From positions 1 to 27,615 of the forward strand of contig JBMSSC010000023.1 of assembly GCA_049424145.1 (NCBI GenBank): a stretch of DNA of 27,615 nt. Direction: 5' to 3'. The position numbers and the translations under genes are program-made. The stretch is from Bdellovibrionia bacterium (GTDB lineage: Bacteria > Bdellovibrionota > UBA1018). This document shows, piece by piece, positions 9,384 through 17,428 of this stretch. The notes under the pieces were generated by a model, which worked only from the letters and a program-made list of their open reading frames with translations, did not search any database and was not told the DNA's origin. The first letter of the stretch is position 1, and the number at the start of each line of letters is the position of its first letter.

Positions 9384-9992
9384 TCAGTGATTCCAGGTGC
9401 GGATGGCATCAAACACGCCGGATCGAATCATGGAAACGGAGAGGGTGGCCAGCAACAGGGCTGCGATCTTGGAGATGATCAGAGTGCCATCCTTGCCTAA
9501 AGTGCGAGTGACTCGTTCGGAGTGGCGTAAAATCAACCAGGCCAAAGCATAGTTGGAAGCCAGGGCCGCAAGCGAGACGCCGTAGCCCACGCTCTTGATC
9601 TGGAGCATGAGGGTGGTGAGAGTGCCTGGGCCAGTGATGAGAGGCACGGCCAGTGGGACGATCCCGGTTGAGCCTGAGGAGCGATTAATGCCCTCTGGGC
9701 CTGAGATGAGGTCGGTGAGTGCAACCAGCAGCAGAACCAGGCCTCCTGCAATTTTAAAATCCTCAAGCGTGATCCCGAGAAAGTGAAAAAGGGCATCTCC
9801 CGCGAGCGCAAAGCCCACGGCAACGAAGAAGGCCACGAGCATGGAGCTGTTCACCATGGCGGCTCGTTTGGGGCGGGAGAGTGATTGCGTGAGACTGACA
9901 AAGAGGGGGAGGGTCCCAATCGCATCGAGTGCGACAAAAAACGCTAAAAAGGAGAGACCAAAGAGTTGAGTCATTTCAGTCAGTGCCGTCAT
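9384..9992 (-). CDS. MarC family integral membrane protein
   Basis: About 6 TM segments with motifs D..G.LPLF, FKIAGGLVLL, IVPLAVPLITGPG, KIAALLLA. Confidence 0.92.
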   Translation of the reverse strand: MTALTEMTQLFGLSFLAFFVALDAIGTLPLFVSLTQSLSRPKRAAMVNSSMLVAFFVAVGFALAGDALFHFLGITLEDFKIAGGLVLLLVALTDLISGPEGINRSSGSTGIVPLAVPLITGPGTLTTLMLQIKSVGYGVSLAALASNYALAWLILRHSERVTRTLGKDGTLIISKIAALLLATLSVSMIRSGVFDAIRTWNH

Positions 9993-10717
9993 GGCTTTCC
10001 TCCTTGGGATTCTTTTTTGCTCTCCTTAGGTTCGAGGCTTTTTTTTCTCGCTTCATTCTCCTCGCTCGGTTCCCTTTCTTCGCTCTCTTCACTCTCTTCG
10101 CTTTCTTCAAAAGAACAGTGGTATTCAATTCCTAGCTTCTTAATGGTGCGATGAAACTCATCCTGGGGGTCGGCTTCAATTAAATCGTTATAAAGATCCC
10201 AGAGCTTCTCCAGGAGTTCTCCTTTTGGGGTTTTCGTTTTTGAGGCTTTCAGTCCCTTTCTGAGTTCATCGAGAAAACTTTTACGATCTTGTTCGCTCCG
10301 AATCTGTGCAGTGGCCGTATCGATGAGAGGCTGAATTTGAGAACTTTTTTCAATTTTCTCAAGAGATTGAAAAAAATCAGCCTGAGCTTTCAATCGGCTT
10401 TGAATTTTCTCACGGTAGCGGTCCATCAGGGCAGGCAGTTGAGTTGAATTGCGGGTCTGATCGATGGATTTTTGAATCCGATTCAGTGATCCCTGGACAT
10501 CGAGGCAAGAAAGATTGGGGTATAGTTGAGCCGGGCCCAGTTGGTGAATGGCTCGAAGCACGGTCTCATTCCAGGGGCCTTGTAAAAGACAGGGTTGACC
10601 CAGGAGTTGGACCTTAATGGAGTGAGGTGAGGCGGCCCAGACTGGCGAAAAATAAAGTGAAGCGGTCCATCCGAGTAAGAAAATACCTGTGATACGGGCG
10701 CACTTGAGAGTTTGCAT
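9989..10717 (-). CDS. Hypothetical secreted protein with charged low-complexity tail
   Basis: Signal-peptide-like N-terminus (..SPVWA/A), helical body, EES-repeat tail; ATGA overlap with marC. Confidence 0.8.
   Translation of the reverse strand: MQTLKCARITGIFLLGWTASLYFSPVWAASPHSIKVQLLGQPCLLQGPWNETVLRAIHQLGPAQLYPNLSCLDVQGSLNRIQKSIDQTRNSTQLPALMDRYREKIQSRLKAQADFFQSLEKIEKSSQIQPLIDTATAQIRSEQDRKSFLDELRKGLKASKTKTPKGELLEKLWDLYNDLIEADPQDEFHRTIKKLGIEYHCSFEESEESEESEEREPSEENEARKKSLEPKESKKESQGGKP
10073..10108 (-). repeat. Four degenerate 9-nt tandem repeats encoding EES-EES-EES-EER
   Basis: Plus strand: cctttcttc gctctcttc actctcttc gctttcttc. Confidence 0.7.
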
Positions 10718-10770
10718 AAGTCAATCCAGTTTAACTAGATTTGGTTGTGTCGTCTATGACATCCCCTGAT

Positions 10771-10798
10771 TTGACTCTTTTGGCAATCAGTTTATCAT
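10771..10798 (+). promoter_or_regulatory. Putative sigma70 promoter
   Basis: TTGACT-N16-TATCAT, about 175 nt upstream of ATG 10973. Confidence 0.45.
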
Positions 10799-10972
10799 AA
10801 AAAGAAGGGGGGAAGATCAGAGCAAGCCTACGCGTGTGCCTGGAATGAGGAAGCCTTAAGCTTCCCAAAAAAGCAAGGCGATTGAAAAGCAAGAAGCAAA
10901 GCGGGATGAGCGCGTGTGAGGTCTGGGCAAAGTTTTTGTATCTTCACTTTTGAAAAGGAGGGTCAATCTCAG

Positions 10973-11602
10973 ATGAAAGACAAGCCGACTGTTCAATTGG
11001 TGTCACAAACAGGAGAGTTTTTTCGTGCTCTGGTGATGGATGCTTTGGATCATCAAAAAATTCACCGAAGCCCTGAGACGGAAGTCTATCTGGTGAACCT
11101 ATTGAGTCAATTTCTGAAAACCGATCAATTATTCTCACGGAATAAAGAAGGGGAGATTCGTGAAGAGCCCCTGGCTCTTTTATTGAAAGAGGCCCTTGAA
11201 CAGTCGGATCCCGTGGCGCAAAATCTCCTGTTTCGTCACATTGGAGATGTTTCCCTTTATATGGCAGGTTATTTTCAAGACAGTTTGAGCAGAAAATTAG
11301 TAGACGTGGATTACTACATCGATTTGGGAGGCGCTGCTTATCAGCGAGTGGCTTCTCACGCAGACGGCTATTGCAAAAGGTCCACTCAAAAAAAGTCCGT
11401 GTACGAGGAATTGGCCAAGAAATTTGCCTCGTTTGTGGATGTGCTCGCTGAGGTGAGTGATAAGACGTCCCCAAAGACTGAAAAAGACATCTTGCGGCTC
11501 TATGAGCTTTGGATTCGAACCAAAAGTGAGCGAGCGGCAAAAGCTCTGCAAGAGGCAGGGATTATTCCTGTGGCTGGAATGAAAAAAGATTGGCAGCAGT
11601 AA
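10973..11602 (+). CDS. Conserved hypothetical cytoplasmic protein
   Basis: Strong SD AAGGAGG before ATG 10973. The motif block YLVNLL...RHIGDVSLYMAGYFQDSL..KLVDVDYYIDLGGAAY..V matches my memory of a widespread uncharacterised family; I know no function or symbol for it. Confidence 0.85.
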   Translation: MKDKPTVQLVSQTGEFFRALVMDALDHQKIHRSPETEVYLVNLLSQFLKTDQLFSRNKEGEIREEPLALLLKEALEQSDPVAQNLLFRHIGDVSLYMAGYFQDSLSRKLVDVDYYIDLGGAAYQRVASHADGYCKRSTQKKSVYEELAKKFASFVDVLAEVSDKTSPKTEKDILRLYELWIRTKSERAAKALQEAGIIPVAGMKKDWQQ

Positions 11603-11623
11603 GTTAGGGTTGGCCCTCTTGGA

Positions 11624-12382
11624 TCAGGGTGATTGAACACTCAGAGAGAGGATCTGATCGCCGGCCCGAATTCCGCGAACCCAGTTCATGCCTTCAATGA
11701 CTTGGCCAAAAACCGTGTAGTTTTGATCCAAATGCGGATGAGTTCCAAGCGAAATATAGAACTGCGAGTCGGCTGAGTCTGGATCCGCATCTCGGGCCAT
11801 GGCCAGTGTGCCTTCAATGTGCTTGCGATGATTGAATTCGGCAGCCAGTTTTTTTCCACTCCCTCCGGTTCCGTTTCCAGAGGGATCGCCCGCTTGAACG
11901 ATGAATCCGGCAACGACTCGGTGAAAAGTGAGACCGTTGTAAAAGCCTTGGTGAATGAGCTCCAGGATTCTTTGCGTGGTCTTGGGGGCGTCTTGGGGAT
12001 AGAACTTAAAGCGGATGAGTCCTTTGGACGTTCGTAGCGTGGCGGTGACCTTGGAGAGTCCTGAGGAGTCGACCGATAGATCATCTGACACCGGGGCAGA
12101 GGCGCTGGGCTCAGGAGTGGGGCTCGTCTGAGGAAGGGGGGAGCTTGAGACCTGAGGCTCGGCAGAGGAGAGGGTGCCTGGGGCAAGGGGGGGGGCTGTT
12201 CCCTCGGGTTGGGCCTCTGAGGGGAGAGGGCTAGGAGAGGAGGTGAGACCGTGGGGCGCTTCAGGGAAGAAGCTTGAGGGTTCTTTTTGGGTACTGATTT
12301 GGGCGTGTTTTTGGTAAAGGACTCCAGCTCCAATTAAGCCAGCCATCATCAAGCCAAAAAGGGTGAGCAGCCATGAACGCAT
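11624..12382 (-). CDS. Cyclophilin-type peptidyl-prolyl cis-trans isomerase with N-terminal membrane anchor and Pro/Ser-rich linker
   Basis: FYNGLTFHRVV.GFIVQAGDP, GTLAMAR, SADSQFYI, HLDQNYTVFGQV. Start moved to ATG 12382 (AAGGA upstream), which removes the overlap with tatC. Confidence 0.93.
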   Translation of the reverse strand: MRSWLLTLFGLMMAGLIGAGVLYQKHAQISTQKEPSSFFPEAPHGLTSSPSPLPSEAQPEGTAPPLAPGTLSSAEPQVSSSPLPQTSPTPEPSASAPVSDDLSVDSSGLSKVTATLRTSKGLIRFKFYPQDAPKTTQRILELIHQGFYNGLTFHRVVAGFIVQAGDPSGNGTGGSGKKLAAEFNHRKHIEGTLAMARDADPDSADSQFYISLGTHPHLDQNYTVFGQVIEGMNWVRGIRAGDQILSLSVQSP

Positions 12383-12424
12383 AAGTTGACAATTCCTTCT
12401 AAGACCAAATAGGAAGTACAGTAA

Positions 12425-13237
12425 ATGATGTCCGAGTTGAAATCTAGCCGAAATATGAGTTTCTACGAGCACTTTGATGAGCTGCGAGTTCGTTTGTTGC
12501 GCGCTTTTGCTTTGTTTTTTTTGGGCTTTCTGGTTTGCTATGGGTTTTCAGAGCCGATCTTAAGTTTTTTAAGAAAGCCCCTGTTTGAAGTCCTGCCAGA
12601 GGCGCAGAGAAAGCTCTACTTTACGAGTTTGTTTGAGAATTTTCTGACGCATTTAAAAATCAGTGGGTATGCTTCGGTCTTCCTTCTCTCCCCTTATTTT
12701 TTCTCAGAAGTTTGGGGCTTTGTGGCCCCAGGGCTCTATCCACGGGAAAAAAAGCTCGCCATTCCCTTTGTTGTTGCAGCCAGTGTGTTTTTTTTAGGAG
12801 GTGCGGCGTTTGCTTACACGGTTTTATTTCCCGTTGGGTTTCGCTACTTTGTGAGCTATGGGGCGAGTTCTGATTTTCCCATGCTGACCATTGAGAGCTA
12901 TTATGGGACGTGTTTGAAGCTGCTTCTTTTATTTGGGCTTGCTTTTGAGCTCCCGGTGTTGATTTGTTTCTTAGGGATCCTGGGGGTGGTTGATGCTCAG
13001 GTGTTAAGAGAGCATCGGAGAAATGCAATTTTGTTCATTACGATTCTTTCGGCTCTTTTTGCTCCTCCGGATGCGATCTCGATGTTGATCTTAGGGGTGC
13101 CGTTGATTTTTCTCTACGAGGCCTCGATTTTCGTGGTCCAGTGGATGGGGCGAGGCCGAGTGAGCTCGCAGGGCCTTCAGCCGGGTTCAACGCAGCAGGA
13201 GGAGTATGACCCATTTGACGGCCGCTCTAGGACCTAA
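12425..13237 (+). CDS. tatC: Twin-arginine translocase subunit TatC
   Basis: MSFYEHFDELRVRLL, FVAPGLYPREKK, FGLAFELP, APPD; 6 TM segments. Confidence 0.97.
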   Translation: MMSELKSSRNMSFYEHFDELRVRLLRAFALFFLGFLVCYGFSEPILSFLRKPLFEVLPEAQRKLYFTSLFENFLTHLKISGYASVFLLSPYFFSEVWGFVAPGLYPREKKLAIPFVVAASVFFLGGAAFAYTVLFPVGFRYFVSYGASSDFPMLTIESYYGTCLKLLLLFGLAFELPVLICFLGILGVVDAQVLREHRRNAILFITILSALFAPPDAISMLILGVPLIFLYEASIFVVQWMGRGRVSSQGLQPGSTQQEEYDPFDGRSRT

Positions 13238-13265
13238 AAGTCGCCTGTTTTAGGTCTCTGTTTTT
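13231..13265 (+). terminator. Probable terminator overlapping the tatC stop
   Basis: GACCTAAAA (13231-13239) / TTTTAGGTC (13248-13256), followed by TCTGTTTTT. Confidence 0.5.
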
Positions 13266-13299
13266 CGTTGGGCTTTCAATGGCCTTTATGATAGGACAC

Positions 13300-13404
13300 G
13301 TGCAACCTTGCCCGGGAAACCGAAGAGAAAAGGCTCTCCGGCCTGCTCGGGCTTTTTGATCGATGCGGACTAAACCAGCATCACTCATCAATCCATAAGG
13401 AGGC
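13300..13404 (+). promoter_or_regulatory. Structured rpsF leader, resembling the S6:S18 autoregulatory leader
   Basis: CCTT (13306-13309) can pair with AAGG of the SD (13397-13400). Stem GCCCGGG (13310-13316) / CTCGGGC (13346-13352), plus an extra hairpin GATGC/GCATC. Candidate -10 TATGAT at 13287-13292. Confidence 0.55.
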
Positions 13405-13917
13405 ATGATGGCAAACCCAGCGACTGGATTTCTTCCAGGCTATGAAACTACGTTTATTACTCGATCGGAACTCTCCGATGAGAGCTTAAAATCCATTCAA
13501 GAGCGTCTCAACCAAGTGGTGGGATCCTTTGGTGGCGAAGTGGTCTTGACTGAAGATTGGGGCAAGAAGAAACTTGCTTACTCCATTCAAAAAGAAACTC
13601 GAGGTCACTACACTTATTTGGTTTACTCAGGAAAGCCAGGAGTGGTTCATGAGATCGAGCGAAACCTTCGCTTACAAGAGCATGTGCTCCGATTCTTGAC
13701 GGTGAATTTGGAGAATGAATTTGACGCTCCTTCCTTCAAAAAGCGTCGAGCTGAAATCCATGCAGCTGCAAAAAAACGAGAAGAAGAGCGCGAAGCTCGT
13801 CGTGAAGAGAGAAATGCAGAGCGCCGTGGTTACAGCGATGATCGTCCTGATTATCGTCGGCATGAGATGGATGAAATGGATGACCTGGCTTCGAGTGCAG
13901 GCGACGAAGAGCTATAA
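13405..13917 (+). CDS. rpsF: 30S ribosomal protein S6 with long charged C-terminal extension
   Basis: [48 protein letters not shown]. The second ATG at 13408 may be the real start. Confidence 0.96.
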   Translation: MMANPATGFLPGYETTFITRSELSDESLKSIQERLNQVVGSFGGEVVLTEDWGKKKLAYSIQKETRGHYTYLVYSGKPGVVHEIERNLRLQEHVLRFLTVNLENEFDAPSFKKRRAEIHAAAKKREEEREARREERNAERRGYSDDRPDYRRHEMDEMDDLASSAGDEEL

Positions 13918-13940
13918 AATTTTCCAAGGAGATCAAAACA

Positions 13941-14270
13941 ATGGCCATTACCAATTTAAAGACAGATATGCGTGAAAGATCAGAGCGCTCAGGTCGTGAA
14001 GAGCGTGGCATGGATAAAGACGGAGACGACAGGGGTCGTAAAGGCGGCGGGAGTTTTCATAAGAAGAAGGTCTGCCGATTCTGTTCCGATCAAGAATTTA
14101 TCTTAGATTATAAAGACGTGCGAATGATGCAATCCTTTGTGACGGAGCATGGAAAAATTGTCCCTCGAAGAATTTCAGGGAATTGCGCACTCCATCAGCG
14201 TCAATTGACGACAGCCGTCAAGCGTGCGCGTAACTTGGCCTTGGTTGGCTATGTTTCGATGGGTACCTAG
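13941..14270 (+). CDS. rpsR: 30S ribosomal protein S18, zinc-binding form
   Basis: [43 protein letters not shown]; CxxC...CxxH ligands retained. Confidence 0.97.
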   Translation: MAITNLKTDMRERSERSGREERGMDKDGDDRGRKGGGSFHKKKVCRFCSDQEFILDYKDVRMMQSFVTEHGKIVPRRISGNCALHQRQLTTAVKRARNLALVGYVSMGT

Positions 14271-14295
14271 GCTGAAAAAAAAGCTTGAATCTCAG

Positions 14296-15294
14296 GTGAA
14301 GCCACACGAGAGCGAATCGGAGTTGGGAGCTTCAGATTCAAGCGAAATGAAGGCATCGGATCCGACCAAACGCTCCCGTTTGGGCCTTCAGGGGCCTTGG
14401 GGGCTTGGGTTCGTGCCGTATTTTCTCAGCGCCGTATTGTTTCTGAGTGGGTTTTTTGTGGTGTTCGCACCGTTTCCCTTGCTTGCTTTGTTTTTTAAAA
14501 AAGGAAGAAAGTGGGCTTGGGGTGCTGCGATCACCAACGGGGGTTGGGTCTTTTTAGCAGGAGGAAAAGTCAGTCTTCTGCTTTATGGCCTTTTTGTTGC
14601 GGGCGTGGCTTTGATCTTAGCCGAGCTCCTTTGCATCAAAAAAATGACCCTTGAAAAAGCAACACTTGGAACCCTCTTGGGTCTGCTCGGGATGGTGGGG
14701 ATTTTCCTTCTGGGAGAATCTTGGATTCACCACGTTTACCCCTGGGTTGAGCTCCAAACTCAAGTTCACAGGTGGGTGGAGGGGCTAGATGCTTCTTTCT
14801 CAGCAAACCCAGGGTGGCTTGGGCTTTTGACTTCCCCGGATGTGGAAGTAGAGGAATTGAAAAAAAGTCTGATGCTGGAGGTTCCCTCAGTTCTAGCCAT
14901 TTTTTCACTCATTTTGGTCTGGTCGAACTTGGTTTTAATCATTCGAGCGAATCCCAGCCGGTTGAGGGAAAAATTGGGTCTTGAGCCTTCTTTTTTTAGG
15001 AAATGGAAGGCTCCGGAAGGATTGGTCTGGCCTACGATTGGAACTGGATTTTTTCTAGTCTTCAATATGGGTTGGGTTTCCGTCGTGAGTTTAAATTTCT
15101 TTAAATTCATGATGGCGATTTATTTCCTTCAAGGCTTAAGCATCTTGACCTACTACTTTGATGCGTGGCGGGTGCGAGGATGGTTTCGCATGCTGGGGTT
15201 TTCAGTTGCTGTTTTTTTCATGACTCTGGTGGTATTAGCGCTGGGTTTTTTTGATCTTTGGGTTGATTTTCGAGGTCGGTTCAAACAAGTCTAA
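14296..15294 (+). CDS. DUF2232/YybS-family membrane protein
   Basis: Multi-TM protein with FFRKWKAP..LVW, YFLQGLSI, LGFFDLWVDFR, in the usual position between rpsR and rplI. Start uncertain (GTG 14296 or ATG 14347); the ORF-track start overlaps rpsR. Confidence 0.85.
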   Translation: MKPHESESELGASDSSEMKASDPTKRSRLGLQGPWGLGFVPYFLSAVLFLSGFFVVFAPFPLLALFFKKGRKWAWGAAITNGGWVFLAGGKVSLLLYGLFVAGVALILAELLCIKKMTLEKATLGTLLGLLGMVGIFLLGESWIHHVYPWVELQTQVHRWVEGLDASFSANPGWLGLLTSPDVEVEELKKSLMLEVPSVLAIFSLILVWSNLVLIIRANPSRLREKLGLEPSFFRKWKAPEGLVWPTIGTGFFLVFNMGWVSVVSLNFFKFMMAIYFLQGLSILTYYFDAWRVRGWFRMLGFSVAVFFMTLVVLALGFFDLWVDFRGRFKQV

Positions 15295-15318
15295 TTTTTA
15301 ATGATGAAGGAGTAAGTC

Positions 15319-15765
15319 ATGCTAGTGATTTTGCGTGAGAATGTAGAAAATTTAGGTCGGATTGGCGATGTGGTGAAGGTTTCGGATGGGTATGCCCGAA
15401 ACTTTCTTCTCCCAAGAAACTTAGTGGTGGAAGCAGACCAAAGAAACGTGGCAGCCATTGAGCACCAAAAAAGACTTTTAGAAAAGCGTCGGTTGGCTCA
15501 AAAAGCCAGTGCTCAGGAATTGGCTAAGAAGCTCGAGGCGTTTTCTTGTGTGTTGTCTCGGAAGGTGGGCGAAAGCGACAAGCTGTTTGGTTCCGTGAGT
15601 GCTTCGGACATTTGTGAAGTGCTCAAGAAGGCGGGTTACGCCGTGGATAAGCGCACGGTTCAATTGGACTCCCCAATTAAGAGCTTGGGTGCTCATTCCG
15701 TGACCATTCGGCTTGAGCCTGAAGTGTCTGCTACCTTAAAAGTCTCGGTGGTTAAAGAAGACTAA
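15319..15765 (+). CDS. rplI: 50S ribosomal protein L9
   Basis: VIL.E.VENLG..GDVVKVSDGYARNFLLP, KLFGSVS, PIKSLG; AAGGAG SD. Confidence 0.98.
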   Translation: MLVILRENVENLGRIGDVVKVSDGYARNFLLPRNLVVEADQRNVAAIEHQKRLLEKRRLAQKASAQELAKKLEAFSCVLSRKVGESDKLFGSVSASDICEVLKKAGYAVDKRTVQLDSPIKSLGAHSVTIRLEPEVSATLKVSVVKED

Positions 15766-17252
15766 TGTTTGGCGAAGGAGGAGAATTTGGCAAAGGCCCA
15801 GAGGGCCCCAGTGGGCCGAATTCGTTCCCCTCGTATCGAGGGGGAAAGAAATCCTTCGACCATCGGTCTCAAGCCCTACCTGCAGGCAGAGTCCCCCCTC
15901 ATCACACCGAAGCAGAGCGTTCTGTTTTAGGAGCGATCCTTTTAAATAACGAGAGTATTTATCGGGTCATTGAGGTGGGGCTTCTGCCTGCTGATTTTTA
16001 TCAAGAGTCGCATCAAAAGATCTTCGAAGTGGCCTTATCTCTTTTTGAGCGAGGCGAGCCGGTGGATTTAGTCACCGTGACCACAGCCTTGCGCGATCGG
16101 GGGAGTTTCGAGCGGGTGGGAGGAAGCGCCACTTTGACGAGTCTTTTTGAAGACACGTTTGCCGTGGGAAACGTCTCTCATTACGCACGGATTATTAAAG
16201 ATCAGGCCATCTTACGGTCCATGATTCAGACCACAGCTGAGATTGCGGCTGAGGCCTATGATGGAGTCGAGGACACCGAGGCGTTCTTAGATGAAGCGGA
16301 AAGACGCGTTCTCTCCGTGGCCGACTCCAAGCTCAACAAGATGTTCTCCAGCATGCAGGAAGTGCTGGTTCAAAACATGCACTCCATTGAAGAGCTTTCG
16401 CAGAAAAAAGCGGATGTCATTGGGCTATCAACGGGGTTTACGGATTTTGATCGCTTAACCAGTGGGCTGCGTCCAGGACAGCTGATCATCTTAGCCGCTC
16501 GACCTGCCATGGGTAAAACCAGTTTATTTTTATCGATGGCTCAAAACATCGCCATGACCGGAAAGTCCGTGGTGGCCATCTTTTCTCTTGAAATGTCCAA
16601 AGAGGAGTTGGGGTTTCGCTTCCTCTCGGGTATGACGCGAATTGATTCGAAAAAACTCAAAGTGGGTCGGTTGGCTGATCGCGATTGGCCGAGGCTTGCG
16701 CAGGCTGCCGATCAGCTCTCCAAATCCAAGATTTTCATCGATGATTCAGGCGATTTAACCGTCATGGATATTCGCTCGCGGTGTCGTCGGTTGTTTTCCA
16801 TGGAAAAGCGCTTGGACATGATCGTCGTGGACTACCTCCAATTGATGAAGGGAACGAAAAGCTCCCAAAAAGGCGATGGCTCCAGGGAGCGTGAGATCTC
16901 CGAGATCAGTCGAAACCTAAAGAGTTTGGCCAAAGAACAGGGTGTTCCCATTATTGCGCTCTCTCAGTTGAATCGAGGCGTGGAGAGTAGGCCCAATAAA
17001 AGACCCATGTTGTCGGACTTAAGAGAATCCGGAGCCATTGAGCAGGATGCGGACATGGTTTGCTTTATTTATCGAGATGAGGTTTATAATAAAGAGTCTG
17101 AAGATAAGGGGATTGCCGAGTTGATCGTGGCAAAACACCGAGCTGGGGAAACTGATACGATTCGCCTTTCCTGGTTGCCTGAGTACACTCTATTTGCCAA
17201 TTTGGCCAGGGACACTCCGGGATCCCCAATTCCTCCCTATCGTGTGGAGTAG
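15765..17252 (+). CDS. dnaB: Replicative DNA helicase DnaB
   Basis: PPH..EAE.SVLGAIL, Walker A ARPAMGKT, FSLEM, VDYLQL, LSQLNR, LSDLRESGAIEQDAD, KHR.G. TAATG overlap with rplI; no intein. Confidence 0.98.
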   Translation: MFGEGGEFGKGPEGPSGPNSFPSYRGGKKSFDHRSQALPAGRVPPHHTEAERSVLGAILLNNESIYRVIEVGLLPADFYQESHQKIFEVALSLFERGEPVDLVTVTTALRDRGSFERVGGSATLTSLFEDTFAVGNVSHYARIIKDQAILRSMIQTTAEIAAEAYDGVEDTEAFLDEAERRVLSVADSKLNKMFSSMQEVLVQNMHSIEELSQKKADVIGLSTGFTDFDRLTSGLRPGQLIILAARPAMGKTSLFLSMAQNIAMTGKSVVAIFSLEMSKEELGFRFLSGMTRIDSKKLKVGRLADRDWPRLAQAADQLSKSKIFIDDSGDLTVMDIRSRCRRLFSMEKRLDMIVVDYLQLMKGTKSSQKGDGSREREISEISRNLKSLAKEQGVPIIALSQLNRGVESRPNKRPMLSDLRESGAIEQDADMVCFIYRDEVYNKESEDKGIAELIVAKHRAGETDTIRLSWLPEYTLFANLARDTPGSPIPPYRVE

Positions 17253-17400
17253 AAAAAAGCCCCGTCCCCAAAGTGGTCTTTAGTCACTGCGTGGGATCTC
17301 TGACGCCCTAGCGGTGAGCTTTTTGACGGAGAGCGGGAATTCCAAACTTCATTTCTCAGGGGAGCTTGTATCCGTTTCGTGATAAGGTGAATGAGAAGTT
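17253..17400 (-). ncRNA. Candidate structured small RNA, convergent with dnaB
   Basis: Extended -10 TGaTAAAAT (17411-17403), several nested stems, terminal stem CCGTC/GACGG followed by GGC and T6 (17258-17253). No known family recognised. Confidence 0.3.
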
Positions 17401-17428
17401 TAATTTTATCATTCAGAGGGTATAAAAA

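Noticed and set aside
10944..12333. Long overlapping ORFs 10944..11540 (-) and 11686..12333 (-)
   Set aside because: Antisense or alternative frames of better-supported genes (conserved hypothetical, cyclophilin), with no motif support.
15765..17252. Intein in dnaB
   Set aside because: Normal length and contiguous helicase motifs; no insertion.
17328..17360. GGAGAG...CTCAGG resembling glycine riboswitch fragments
   Set aside because: The central CCGAAG/GCAA elements are missing and the downstream gene is unrelated to glycine metabolism.
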